This document shows, piece after piece, positions 45,740-55,269 of a stretch of DNA of 64,000 bases; within the stretch, counting starts at the first letter, position 1; each line of letters opens with the position of its first letter. The translations under genes were made by a program, and so were the position numbers. The stretch comes from Clostridiales bacterium (GTDB lineage Bacteria; Bacillota; Clostridia; Christensenellales; CAG-138). The stretch spans positions 6,214 through 70,213 of the forward strand of contig JAILRE010000003.1 in NCBI GenBank assembly GCA_024698505.1. The letters are read 5' to 3'. The notes under the pieces were generated by a model. It did not search any database. It was given only the letters and a program-made list of their open reading frames with translations, and was not told the origin of the DNA.

Positions 45740-47332
45740 ATGGCATACAGCGCTCTGTACCGCAAATTCCGCCCCGAAAAATTCGGGCAGATCATAGGCC
45801 AGCCCCATATCACGACCATCCTTCTGAACCAGATAAGGACGGGCCGTGTTGCGCACGCCTACCTTTTCTGCGGCAGCCGCGGAACGGGCAAGACCAGCAC
45901 GGCGAGGATACTCGCAAAGGCCATAAACTGCCTTTCTCCCGTCGACGGCGAGCCGTGCGGCAAATGCGAGGCCTGCAGAGCCGAGAACAACGTCGACATA
46001 ATCGAAATGGACGCCGCGTCGAACTCCCGAGTGGAGGAGATGCGCGCGCTTATTGAGCGAGCGGAGTTCGCGCCGCTTAGTCTTAAAACAAAGGTCTACA
46101 TAATCGACGAAGCGCACATGCTGACGAAGAACGCCTCCAACGCGCTTCTCAAAACGCTGGAGGAGCCGCCCGCTCACGTCGTTTTCATACTTGCGACGAC
46201 CGAGCCGCAGATGCTCCCCGCGACCATCGTTTCAAGGTGTCAGCGCTTTGAATTCCACAGGCTGTCCGTAGCCGATATGGTCAGCTCCATGAAGAATTCA
46301 TTGGCCGGTATCGGCGCGCATATCGACGACGAGGGCCTTATCGCTATCGCGAGGGCGGCCGAGGGCGGCATGCGCGACTGCCTCAGCATAGCCGATCAGT
46401 GCCTTTCCTTCTGCGGTGGCGACGTTACCGCCGACGACGTTATGAGCGTGCTCGGCAGCGTCAATACAGGCTTCCTTTACAGGATGGCGCAGGCCGTTAT
46501 CGATTCCGACGCGGAGGGCGTCATGCGGGGCGTAGGCGAAGTAGTGAAGAGCGGCAGGGATCTCGGAGTGTTCGCTTTGGATCTTGCCTCCCATTTCAGG
46601 GCGCTGCTTCTTACCAAGATCTGCGGCGACTGCAGGGACATACTCGACTGCACCGACGAAATGATGAAGGATTACAAGGCGCAGGCGGCCAAGGTATCCA
46701 AGCAGAGGGCCGAGAGAGCGGTGGAGGAGCTTTTGAAGCTCCAGCTCGACCTCAAGCTCGTTTCCACGCCGAGAACGCTCGTCGAGAGCACGCTTTTGAG
46801 GATATGCCGTCCCGAGGATGAGGAATCCCTCATCGCGGTGGAGGACAGGATAGCAAAGCTCGAAGCCTCCTTTAAGAACGCCGCTGCGGATGCTGCGAAG
46901 GCCGCGGCTGCGGCCGTCAAAGATACGGCGACCGCGCCCGCCGCAGAGGCTCCTCAAAAGAGGACGGAAGCTCCCGCGCCGAAAGAGCCGCCGAAGGACG
47001 ATGCCGTTTCCGTTCCGGACGCCTCCGCTTCCGCGGACGAGCTCTATGAAAAGCTCAGGGCGGCGCTCGAAAAGGCCGATCCCACCATGTATTTCGCGCT
47101 TGAAATGTCCTGCGCGCACTGGGTGGAGGACGGAGCGCTCCATATCTGCTTCGACTCCAAGGGCTCCAACATGTACGATTACGCGAACGAGCCCTCAATG
47201 CGTCAGCTTCTGCGCGAGACAGCGAAGAGCGTCATAGCGCCGCATACCGTGGAGCTCGACCTGAGGAAGCACGGCGTCGTAAAGCAGAACAGGATCACGG
47301 AGCTTTTCGGAGTTCCGATCGTTGAAGAATAA
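45740..47332 (+). CDS. dnaX: DNA polymerase III subunit gamma/tau
   Basis: 530 aa. Walker A GSRGTGKTSTARI. Zn module CGKCEAC. Walker B IIDEAHML. SRC-like VSRCQRF. Confidence 0.95.
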   Translation: MAYSALYRKFRPEKFGQIIGQPHITTILLNQIRTGRVAHAYLFCGSRGTGKTSTARILAKAINCLSPVDGEPCGKCEACRAENNVDIIEMDAASNSRVEEMRALIERAEFAPLSLKTKVYIIDEAHMLTKNASNALLKTLEEPPAHVVFILATTEPQMLPATIVSRCQRFEFHRLSVADMVSSMKNSLAGIGAHIDDEGLIAIARAAEGGMRDCLSIADQCLSFCGGDVTADDVMSVLGSVNTGFLYRMAQAVIDSDAEGVMRGVGEVVKSGRDLGVFALDLASHFRALLLTKICGDCRDILDCTDEMMKDYKAQAAKVSKQRAERAVEELLKLQLDLKLVSTPRTLVESTLLRICRPEDEESLIAVEDRIAKLEASFKNAAADAAKAAAAAVKDTATAPAAEAPQKRTEAPAPKEPPKDDAVSVPDASASADELYEKLRAALEKADPTMYFALEMSCAHWVEDGALHICFDSKGSNMYDYANEPSMRQLLRETAKSVIAPHTVELDLRKHGVVKQNRITELFGVPIVEE

Positions 47333-47414
47333 GAGTTTTGAATAATCGAAAAGCATAAGGCGGTCAGCCGCCGGAAAGGAGCCTCCGCAGATCGAAACGC
47401 GGAGCGTGAGCAGA

Positions 47415-48674
47415 ATGATCAACATACAGGCCCCGAAAGGTACCAAGGACGTTATCCCCTCCGAAAGCCACAAGTGGCATTATATCGAAAAGACCATGCG
47501 CGATATGTGCGCGCTTTACGGCGCGCGCGAGCTTCGCACGCCCATTATCGAGCATACCGAGCTCTTTTTAAGGGGCGTTGGCGACACGACGGATATCGTG
47601 CAGAAGGAGATGTACACCTTCCTCGATAAGGGCGAAAGATCCATCACCTTAAAGCCCGAGGGGACGGCGGGCATGGTCAGGGCGTTCATCGAAAACAGGC
47701 TCTTCAACGAGCCCATGCCCCAGAAGCTTTATTACCTCAACTCGCCTACCTTCCGCTATGAGAAGCCCCAGGCGGGCAGGCTCCGCGAGCATCACCAGTT
47801 CGGCATCGAAATGGTCGGCTCCTTCGCTCCCGAGACGGACGCGGAGGTAATACTGCTTGCGCTCACGCTCTTCAAGAAGCTCGGCGTGCACGATCTTGCC
47901 CTGCATATCAACAGCATCGGCTGTCCCGAATGCCGCAAGGATTACAACGCCGCTCTGAGGGAGTATCTTGCGGGGTATCTCGATCAGATGTGCGAGACCT
48001 GCCGCAGTCGATTCGATAAGAACCCGATGAGGATAATCGACTGCAAGGAGCCCAAATGCAGGGAGATAGTCAAAAACGCTCCCCGCACGATCGACTTCCT
48101 CTGCGAGGACTGCAGGAAGCATTTCGAGGGAGTTAAGGCCTGCCTTGACGCCGCCGGCGCGGAATACGTTGTCGATCCCGATATCGTAAGGGGCCTCGAT
48201 TATTACACCGGGACCGTGTTCGAGGTCATCTCCAACCGCATAGGCGCGCAGGGCGCCGTCTGCGCGGGCGGCAGATACAACGGCCTCATCGAGGAGCTCG
48301 GCGGCCAGAGCATACCCGCCGTCGGCTTCGGCATGGGCATGGAGCGCCTGCTCGCCGTAATGGATGCGAACGGCGTGGAATTCCCGAAGGTGCAGGGCCC
48401 GACCGTCTACTTCGCCGCGAACGGAGACGAGCCGAGGAAAAAGGCGTTCGCGCTCACGCAGAAGCTCAGGGAGAACGGCATTTCCGCCGAGTTCGATCAT
48501 ATGGACAGGAGCTTCAAGGCGCAGTTCAAATACGCCAACAAGATAGACGCGAAATACACCGTTGCGATAGGGGATGAGGAGCTTGAGCTCGGCATAGTCA
48601 AGGTCAAATGCATGGCCGACGGCTCCGAGACCGAGGTCAGGATCGACAGTCTCGCCGAGCATTTCGCCGAATAA
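47415..48674 (+). CDS. hisS: Histidine--tRNA ligase
   Basis: MINIQAPKGTKDV N-terminus from ATG 47415 (GGAG upstream; GTG 47406 is also possible). Class II motifs FRYEKPQAGRLREHHQ and GGGRYNGL-like. Confidence 0.95.
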   Translation: MINIQAPKGTKDVIPSESHKWHYIEKTMRDMCALYGARELRTPIIEHTELFLRGVGDTTDIVQKEMYTFLDKGERSITLKPEGTAGMVRAFIENRLFNEPMPQKLYYLNSPTFRYEKPQAGRLREHHQFGIEMVGSFAPETDAEVILLALTLFKKLGVHDLALHINSIGCPECRKDYNAALREYLAGYLDQMCETCRSRFDKNPMRIIDCKEPKCREIVKNAPRTIDFLCEDCRKHFEGVKACLDAAGAEYVVDPDIVRGLDYYTGTVFEVISNRIGAQGAVCAGGRYNGLIEELGGQSIPAVGFGMGMERLLAVMDANGVEFPKVQGPTVYFAANGDEPRKKAFALTQKLRENGISAEFDHMDRSFKAQFKYANKIDAKYTVAIGDEELELGIVKVKCMADGSETEVRIDSLAEHFAE

Positions 48675-48696
48675 GAAACAACTTATACGAAACAGA

Positions 48697-48730
48697 GCCG
48701 CCGAAGGGATGCGCCTTCGGCGGCTTTTTA
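48697..48730. terminator. Terminator after hisS, shared with the convergent blaI-like gene
   Basis: 11-bp stem GCCGCCGAAGG/CCTTCGGCGGC, 6-nt loop, then TTTTT. Confidence 0.85.
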
Positions 48731-48803
48731 TTGATAATAAAACTAAAACGGAGACCGCAAACAAACGCAGTCCCCGTTCACTGTCCGTACGTCTCGGGCT
48801 TAA

Positions 48804-49175
48804 TTACTTAACCTCCTCGATCCATGCGGCGATCTCATCAATATCGCTCGGCTTTACGTTGCCGTTGGCGTAAAATGCTTTAACAAGATCAGCGATGGAA
48901 GCGCCGGGCTCGCCGGTGAAGAGGTGCCCCTTGGTGATGGCAAGGTATTCGGCCCTTGTCACACAGGGTACGTACTCGAAGCTTCTGACGCGTTTACCGA
49001 CCATCTCTATAAAGCCTTTCATGTGGAGCCGGTTAACAAATGTCTGCACAGTCTGGTAAGTCCATTTGTTTTCGCCGATGGCGAGCCACACGTCCTTGAT
49101 GGTCGTCGGCTTGTCCGCTTCCCAGATCTTGGTCATGACTTCAAGCTCTGCAGCGGATACGTCCTTAATGATCAT
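48804..49175 (-). CDS. BlaI/MecI/CopY family transcriptional repressor (no adjacent sensor gene)
   Basis: 123 aa. MIIKDVSAAELEVMTKIWEADKPTTIKDVW...TVQTFVNRLHMKGF is a winged-helix of the penicillinase-repressor family. SD GAAGGGGG. Confidence 0.85.
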   Translation of the reverse strand: MIIKDVSAAELEVMTKIWEADKPTTIKDVWLAIGENKWTYQTVQTFVNRLHMKGFIEMVGKRVRSFEYVPCVTRAEYLAITKGHLFTGEPGASIADLVKAFYANGNVKPSDIDEIAAWIEEVK

Positions 49176-49207
49176 ACAGAAACCCCCTTCCTTATCATAG
49201 TATTATC

Positions 49208-49235
49208 ATTATATAACATGTAAAAAGATTGTCAA
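49208..49235 (-). promoter_or_regulatory. Sigma-A-type promoter of the blaI-like gene
   Basis: On the minus strand: TTGACA(49235-49230)-16 nt-TATAAT(49213-49208). ACATGT palindrome (49216-49221) sits inside the spacer. Confidence 0.65.
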
Positions 49236-49240
49236 GCATT

Positions 49241-49271
49241 TTTTTCACATTTTTCTCATTTTTGTGAAAAA
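49241..49271. repeat. Inverted repeat TTTTTCACA-N13-TGTGAAAAA next to the blaI-like -35 box
   Basis: 9-bp perfect arms at 49241-49249 and 49263-49271. Confidence 0.85.
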
Positions 49272-49442
49272 GAAAATGTATTAATTCCCTTTATTCGGGG
49301 AATAATTCGAGGCTATGACGTTGCGTAGTCTGCGGGATATCACAAAAGTGTATATTTTATTACATTACATAATGCGATAAAAAGTTACAAAATCCCCGCA
49401 TGCTCGGCCGTGCTTGAAAAGACATTTGCCGGCGTCATTCCG

Positions 49443-50384
49443 TCATTCACCGATATCCTTCAAAAGCTCCGCATACCTGAGCGCGGCATATACGCGGAGG
49501 TATTTCAGCCTTGAAGAGAGCTCGGCGCGGCTTCCGAAGCCGGTGGAGGCAGCCCTCAGCTTTTCCGCGATATCCGTATAGAACGCGTTTACCTTTTCGA
49601 GCATGGCGTTCCTTGTGGCCGCTTCGCCGATACCTTCGGAGGCGGTCATAGAGTTTCGTTCCATTTCGGAAAGCACGCCCAAAGCGTACTCCTCGCTCCT
49701 GTTCGAAGCGTCGAAATCCAGAGCGAGCTCGTCAAGCTGGTCGACCGTCTCCGGAGCCAGCGCGAAAGCCGTGCGGATGGGGAGGAGTCTCTCGACGGAC
49801 GAGGTGACTACGAGCTCTACCTCGGTCGAGGAGAGCTTTATCACGGAGCATTCCCGCCCCTCCGATACGAGTCTTTCCTTCACGCTCCCGGCCGAAGCCT
49901 CGTCGGAATACGCGGCGGCGATGAGCCTGAAGCTGCCGTTATCCTCGTAGACGTACCCTGCGGCGCCAAGCGCTTTTACGGCTTCAGCGGCTCTTTCGCA
50001 GTTGGCTCTGTCGTCGAAGACACCGAGCTGCAGCATGTATATGTCGATACCGCGAAGCTTTACCCTTGCCGTTTCGCCCGTTGGCGCGGCTGTGGGAACG
50101 GCTGTCGCTTCCGGCGTTTTCTCGGCAGCGGCGAGCGTGGGCAGGGGAGTTGCCCGCTGCGCTTTCATTACGCAGCTCTTGGCGAATGAAAGGTCGAGGT
50201 TTTCCTTGATCCTTCTTCCCGCGCCAGTGCCCAAAATAAGATATGCCGCCGCGCCGAAAAGCACGAGCAGTATGAATGCCTGCGCCGCGCCGCTCATGCC
50301 CTTCGCCGCTTTTTTTCTTCTCCTTCTGCGCCTGTATTCCATGCTTAAAACCTTTGGCTTTTCCGAAAAAAGCCGACCTTTCAT
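49443..50384 (-). CDS. Membrane-anchored SPOR domain protein
   Basis: 313 aa. Arg/Lys-rich N-terminus, one TM (AFILLVLFGAAAYLILG), and a SPOR-like module YMLQLGVFDDRANCERAAEAVKALGAAGYVYEDNGSFRLIAAAY. AGGAAG precedes ATG 50384. Confidence 0.75.
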   Translation of the reverse strand: MKGRLFSEKPKVLSMEYRRRRRRKKAAKGMSGAAQAFILLVLFGAAAYLILGTGAGRRIKENLDLSFAKSCVMKAQRATPLPTLAAAEKTPEATAVPTAAPTGETARVKLRGIDIYMLQLGVFDDRANCERAAEAVKALGAAGYVYEDNGSFRLIAAAYSDEASAGSVKERLVSEGRECSVIKLSSTEVELVVTSSVERLLPIRTAFALAPETVDQLDELALDFDASNRSEEYALGVLSEMERNSMTASEGIGEAATRNAMLEKVNAFYTDIAEKLRAASTGFGSRAELSSRLKYLRVYAALRYAELLKDIGE

Positions 50385-50576
50385 TTGATGCTTCCTGCCT
50401 GCGCCTGCGGGATCCTTGCAAAGCTTCCGGCTCTGCCCGATCCGTATCCGTTATTCCAGATACTATGACGCGCCCGTTCCCCGTATGACCGAAAGAACGC
50501 TTATTTCGGGAACGGAGAAGGGGAGGACAGCCGGCTCCTGCCCACAATATAAAGCTTATATACGGGGACGTCATAC

Positions 50577-50605
50577 TTGACCTTTTTCATCCCGTGCGAT
50601 ATAAT
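50577..50605 (+). promoter_or_regulatory. Sigma-A-type promoter of the hut operon
   Basis: TTGACC(50577-50582)-17 nt-TATAAT(50600-50605). Confidence 0.65.
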
Positions 50606-50652
50606 AAATCAGTTAATCATCCCAATATTTTAAGGAAGAAGGATTTTGGCTT

Positions 50653-52188
50653 ATGGCAGTTGTGATCGACGGCAAATCATTGACTTTGGAGCAGGTCGCG
50701 GCAGTCGCGCGCGGCATGGAAAAGGTCGTCATGTCCGAGGAGGCCAAGGCGGCCGTCAACAAGGCGAGGGACTATGTCGAGAAGAAGCTTGCGGAGGGCG
50801 CGGTGATCTACGGCCTCACGACGGGCTTCGGCAAATTCTCCGATACCTTCATCCCCGCGGACGAGACCGCGCAGCTGCAAAGGAATCTTATCATATCCCA
50901 CTCCTGCGGCATGGGCGAGCCCCTTCCCACCGAAGCCGTCAGGGCCGCTATGCTCCTCAGGTGCAATGCCCTTTCAAGGGGCCACAGCGGTATAAGGCTC
51001 TCCACCATTGAGACTCTGCTTGCAATGCTTAACGCGGGCGTTCATCCCATCATCCCCGAAAAGGGCTCCCTCGGCGCCAGCGGCGATCTTGCACCCCTTT
51101 CCCACATGGTGCTCGTAATGCTCGGCGAAGGCGAAGCCGAGTACATGGGCGAGAGGATGAGCGGCAGGGAGGCCATGGCCAAGGCGGGCATCCCCACGAT
51201 AGAGCTTGCCGCCAAGGAAGGCCTCGCTCTCATCAACGGCACGCAGATAATGACGGCCATCGGCTCCCTCTGCACGATCGACGCGCTCGACCTCATGAAG
51301 ACCGCCGACGTCGCCGCCGCAATGACCGCCGAAGCGCAGCTCGGCATTAAGGCCGCTTTCGATCACAAGGTGCACGACGTAAGGGGCCACAAGGGCCAGA
51401 AGGACTGCGCCGAGAACCTGCTCAAGCTCCTCGAGGGCAGCGAGCTTGCGAAGAGGACGCAGCCGAATAAGGTTCAGGACGCGTACGTTATTAGGTGCGT
51501 TCCCCAGATACACGGCGCCAGCCGCGACGCCATCAATTACGTTGCGGAGGCCGTCTCCCGCGAGATCAACGCCGTGACCGACAACCCCATAATATTCCCC
51601 GACGAGGACGAGGTCATCTCCGGCGGCAATTTCCACGGTCAGCCCATGGCGCTCGCTTTCGATTTCCTCGGCATAGCCGTTTCCGAGCTTGCGAACGTCT
51701 CCGAGAGGAGGACGGAGCGCATGGTCAATCCCGCGCTGTCGTTCGGGCTTCCCGCGTTCCTCACCAAGCACGGCGGAGTCAATTCCGGCTTCATGATCGC
51801 GCAGTACTCGGCCGCCTCCATGGTCTCCGAGAACAAGGTCTACGCGCATCCAGCGAGCGTCGATTCGATACCCTCTTCCGCCAATCAGGAGGATCACGTT
51901 TCCATGGGCACCACCGCAGCGAGGAAATGCCGCATGATACTGGACAACGCGCAGAAGGTCATCGGCATAGAGCTAGTCACCGCGCATCAGGCGCTCTGGC
52001 TCCGCAGCGAGGAGGGCAGGGGAAATATGGCTCCCGCCACGAAAGCCGTGTACGATCTGCTTGAGACAAAGATCGCGCCGATCGAGACGGACGTCGTGAT
52101 GTACCCGAATCTCGCCGCCGCCGATAAGCTCATCAAGGCGCACGCGATCGCACCCGCCGCCGAAAAGGTCTGCGGCGCGCTCAAATAA
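50653..52188 (+). CDS. hutH: Histidine ammonia-lyase
   Basis: 511 aa. MIO-forming motif GSLGASGDLAPLSH. Confidence 0.95.
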   Translation: MAVVIDGKSLTLEQVAAVARGMEKVVMSEEAKAAVNKARDYVEKKLAEGAVIYGLTTGFGKFSDTFIPADETAQLQRNLIISHSCGMGEPLPTEAVRAAMLLRCNALSRGHSGIRLSTIETLLAMLNAGVHPIIPEKGSLGASGDLAPLSHMVLVMLGEGEAEYMGERMSGREAMAKAGIPTIELAAKEGLALINGTQIMTAIGSLCTIDALDLMKTADVAAAMTAEAQLGIKAAFDHKVHDVRGHKGQKDCAENLLKLLEGSELAKRTQPNKVQDAYVIRCVPQIHGASRDAINYVAEAVSREINAVTDNPIIFPDEDEVISGGNFHGQPMALAFDFLGIAVSELANVSERRTERMVNPALSFGLPAFLTKHGGVNSGFMIAQYSAASMVSENKVYAHPASVDSIPSSANQEDHVSMGTTAARKCRMILDNAQKVIGIELVTAHQALWLRSEEGRGNMAPATKAVYDLLETKIAPIETDVVMYPNLAAADKLIKAHAIAPAAEKVCGALK

Positions 52189-52235
52189 AGAACTGCGGCT
52201 TTGGCCGTGCAAATAAAAACGGAAAGGAAAAAGCT

Positions 52236-54251
52236 ATGGAAAACAGTAAGATCTCCGGAGCTATGACGATAAAGCTCGACGCCGTTCTTCCCGAGTATCC
52301 CAAGTTCGAGGAAGGCCGCCGCCGCGCTCCCGACAGGGGCTTCCGTCTCACCAAATCGCAGACTCAGCTCGCCCTGAGGAACGCCCTTAGGTACGTTCCC
52401 GAGGAGCTTCACGAGAAGCTCGCTCCCGAATTCCTCGAGGAGCTCAAGACGAGGGGCAGGATCTACGCCTACCGTTACCGTCCCGAGGGACGTATCTGGG
52501 GCAAGCCCATCGACGAATACAAGGGCAACTGCATCGAGGGCAAGGCCTTCCAGGTCATGATAGACAATAACCTCGATTTCGAGATCGCCCTCTATCCCTA
52601 CGAGCTCGTTACCTACGGCGAGACCGGTCAGCCCTGCCAGAACTGGCTCCAGTACCGCCTTATTAAGAAATATCTCGAACAGCTCACCGACCATCAGACT
52701 CTCGTTCTCGAGAGCGGCCATCCCGTCGGCCTGTTCCCCTCCAAGCCCGAAGCTCCCCGCGTGATACTCACCAACTCCATGATGGTCGGCATGTTCGACA
52801 ATCTTGAGGATTGGGAAGTCGCGGAGGAGATGGGCGTCGCCAACTACGGTCAGATGACCGCGGGCGGCTGGATGTACATCGGCCCGCAGGGCATAGTCCA
52901 CGGCACGTTCAACACCATACTCGGCGCGGGCCGCAAGTATCTCGGCATTCCCGAATCCGGCGACCTCAGGGGCAGGGTGTTCGTATCCTCCGGCCTCGGC
53001 GGCATGAGCGGCGCGCAGCCCAAGGCGGCCAACATCGCGAACGCCGTCGGCGTATTCGCCGAAGTCGACCGCAGCCGTATCCAGACCCGCTACGATCAGG
53101 GCTGGGTGAACGTCATCTCCGACGATCTTGACGAGGTCTTCGCTCTTGCCGAGGAGCACAGGAAGAACGGCACGACGATCTCCATCGCCTATCACGGCAA
53201 TATCGTCGACCTGCTCGAGGCGGCCGTCAAGCGCGGCTTCAAGATCGATCTGCTCTCCGACCAGACCTCCTGCCACAACGTCTATAACGGCGGCTACTGC
53301 CCCGTAGGCTACACCTTCGAGCAGAGGACTCAGCTCCTCCATACCGACAGGGAAGCCTTCAAAAAGGCCGTAAACGCCTCCCTGCGCCGTCATTTCGACG
53401 CCATCTGCGCCCTCAAGAAGACGGGCACCTATTTCTTCGATTACGGCAACTCCTTCATGAAGGCCGTTTACGACGCGGGCGTAAAGGAGATCAGCCGCAA
53501 CGGTCACGACGAGAAGGACGGCTTCATATTCCCCTCCTACGTTGAGGATATAATGGGCCCGATGCTCTTCGACTACGGCTACGGCCCGTTCCGCTGGGTC
53601 TGCCTCTCCGGCAAGGAATCCGATCTTATCGCGACGGATCACGCCGCCATGGACTGCATCGATCCTGACCGCCGCTTCCAGGACAGGGACAATTACAACT
53701 GGATCCGCGACGCCGAGAAGAACAAGCTCGTCGTCGGCACCCAGGCGAGGATACTCTATCAGGACGCCGAGGGCCGCACGAGGATCGCGCTCCGCTTCAA
53801 CGAGATGGTGAGGGAGGGCAAGATAGGCCCCGTCATGATCGGCCGCGACCATCACGACGTTTCCGGCACCGACTCCCCCTTCCGCGAGACCGCCAACATA
53901 AAGGACGGCTCGAACGTAATGGCCGATATGGCCGTGCAGTGCTTCGCGGGCAACGCCGCGAGGGGCATGAGCCTCTGCGCGCTGCATAACGGCGGCGGCG
54001 TCGGCATCGGCAAGTCCATAAACGGCGGCTTCGGCCTCGTTCTGGACGGCTCCGAGCGCGTGGACAACATCATCAGGTCCGCTATGATGTGGGACGTCAT
54101 GGGCGGCGTCGCAAGGCGCGCCTGGGCGAGGAACCCCCATTCCATAGAGACCTCGATAGAGTACAACAAGAAGCACGAGGGAGAGGCGCACATCACGCTG
54201 CCCTACCTCGTTTCCGACGAGCTCATCGAAAAGATGACCGAGGATATGTGA
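52236..54251 (+). CDS. hutU: Urocanate hydratase (long, ~670-aa form)
   Basis: 671 aa. Urocanase-like core including GGMSGAQP and GRDHHDVSGTDSPFRET. Confidence 0.9.
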   Translation: MENSKISGAMTIKLDAVLPEYPKFEEGRRRAPDRGFRLTKSQTQLALRNALRYVPEELHEKLAPEFLEELKTRGRIYAYRYRPEGRIWGKPIDEYKGNCIEGKAFQVMIDNNLDFEIALYPYELVTYGETGQPCQNWLQYRLIKKYLEQLTDHQTLVLESGHPVGLFPSKPEAPRVILTNSMMVGMFDNLEDWEVAEEMGVANYGQMTAGGWMYIGPQGIVHGTFNTILGAGRKYLGIPESGDLRGRVFVSSGLGGMSGAQPKAANIANAVGVFAEVDRSRIQTRYDQGWVNVISDDLDEVFALAEEHRKNGTTISIAYHGNIVDLLEAAVKRGFKIDLLSDQTSCHNVYNGGYCPVGYTFEQRTQLLHTDREAFKKAVNASLRRHFDAICALKKTGTYFFDYGNSFMKAVYDAGVKEISRNGHDEKDGFIFPSYVEDIMGPMLFDYGYGPFRWVCLSGKESDLIATDHAAMDCIDPDRRFQDRDNYNWIRDAEKNKLVVGTQARILYQDAEGRTRIALRFNEMVREGKIGPVMIGRDHHDVSGTDSPFRETANIKDGSNVMADMAVQCFAGNAARGMSLCALHNGGGVGIGKSINGGFGLVLDGSERVDNIIRSAMMWDVMGGVARRAWARNPHSIETSIEYNKKHEGEAHITLPYLVSDELIEKMTEDM

Positions 54252-54277
54252 TAAATCAATACGGAGGATAGAATACC

Positions 54278-55204
54278 ATGGCAAAGATCATCGAATGCGT
54301 ACCCAATATTTCCGAGGGCAGGAATCATGAGGTAATCGAGGCCTGCATCGACGAGATCAGGAAGACCGCGGGCGTCACCCTTCTGGACTACTCCAGCGAC
54401 GCCAGCCACAACAGGAGCGTCATCACCTTCATCGGCGATCCCGAGGGCGTCATAAACGCCGCCGTCGCGCTTGAGAAGAAGGCGAAGGAGCTCATAGACC
54501 TCAATCACCATAAGGGCGAGCATCCCCGTATGGGCGCTGTGGACGTATGTCCGCTCATCCCCCTCAAGGACTGCACCAAGGAGGAGACCGTCGAGTATTC
54601 CAAGAAGCTCGGTCAGCGCATCTGGGAAGAGGCGGGCGTTCCCGTGTTCCTCTATGAGGATTCCGCTTCCGCGCCACACCGCGTGAACCTTGCGGATATC
54701 AGGAAGGGCCAGTTCGAGGCCATGCCCGAGAAGGTAAAGGATCCCATGTGGACTCCCGACTTCGGCGGCGCCTACTGCCATCCCACCGCGGGCTGCACCG
54801 CCGTCGGCTGCCGTATGCCGCTCGTTGCTTTCAATATCAACCTCTCCACGGATAACGTCGATATAGCCAAGGCCATCGCCAAGATCATCCGCCGCAAGAA
54901 CGGCGGCTTCGACTGCGTCAAGTCCAACGGCTTCCTCATCGAGGTAGAGGCCGATCCCGAAAAGGGCGTTCCCGCGCACAAGTACGCGCAGGTCTCCATC
55001 AACATGACCGACTTCAACCGCACTCCGCTTTACCGTGTCGTCGAGGTCACCAAGGCCGAGGCAAGGCGCTGGGGCGTGTGGGTGACCGGCACCGAGATCG
55101 TCGGCCTCACTCCCATGAAGGCTTTGACCGACTCCGCCGAGTATTACCTCCAGCTCGAGGGCTTCGATTTCGATAAACAGATAATCGAAAACTATCTGCT
55201 GTGA
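54278..55204 (+). CDS. Glutamate formimidoyltransferase (FtcD N-terminal-domain homologue)
   Basis: 308 aa. MAKIIECVPNISEGRN is the typical start of formiminotransferases. Confidence 0.9.
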   Translation: MAKIIECVPNISEGRNHEVIEACIDEIRKTAGVTLLDYSSDASHNRSVITFIGDPEGVINAAVALEKKAKELIDLNHHKGEHPRMGAVDVCPLIPLKDCTKEETVEYSKKLGQRIWEEAGVPVFLYEDSASAPHRVNLADIRKGQFEAMPEKVKDPMWTPDFGGAYCHPTAGCTAVGCRMPLVAFNINLSTDNVDIAKAIAKIIRRKNGGFDCVKSNGFLIEVEADPEKGVPAHKYAQVSINMTDFNRTPLYRVVEVTKAEARRWGVWVTGTEIVGLTPMKALTDSAEYYLQLEGFDFDKQIIENYLL

Positions 55205-55269
55205 ACCCATCCGCCGAATACGGCTTCGCCTTCCGCGAAAACGGAAGGGCAGGGAGGAAGGACGGATCT

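Noticed and set aside
45740-47332. Programmed -1 frameshift site in dnaX (E. coli-type A AAA AAG slippery heptamer producing gamma)
   Set aside because: Reading through the gene, I found no AAAAAAG heptamer or obvious downstream stem-loop.
49241-49271. CRP/FNR-type binding site, because of the TGTGA/TCACA pentamers
   Set aside because: The half-sites are everted (TCACA-N13-TGTGA) and 13 nt apart, not TGTGA-N6-TCACA. I kept it only as an unexplained inverted repeat.
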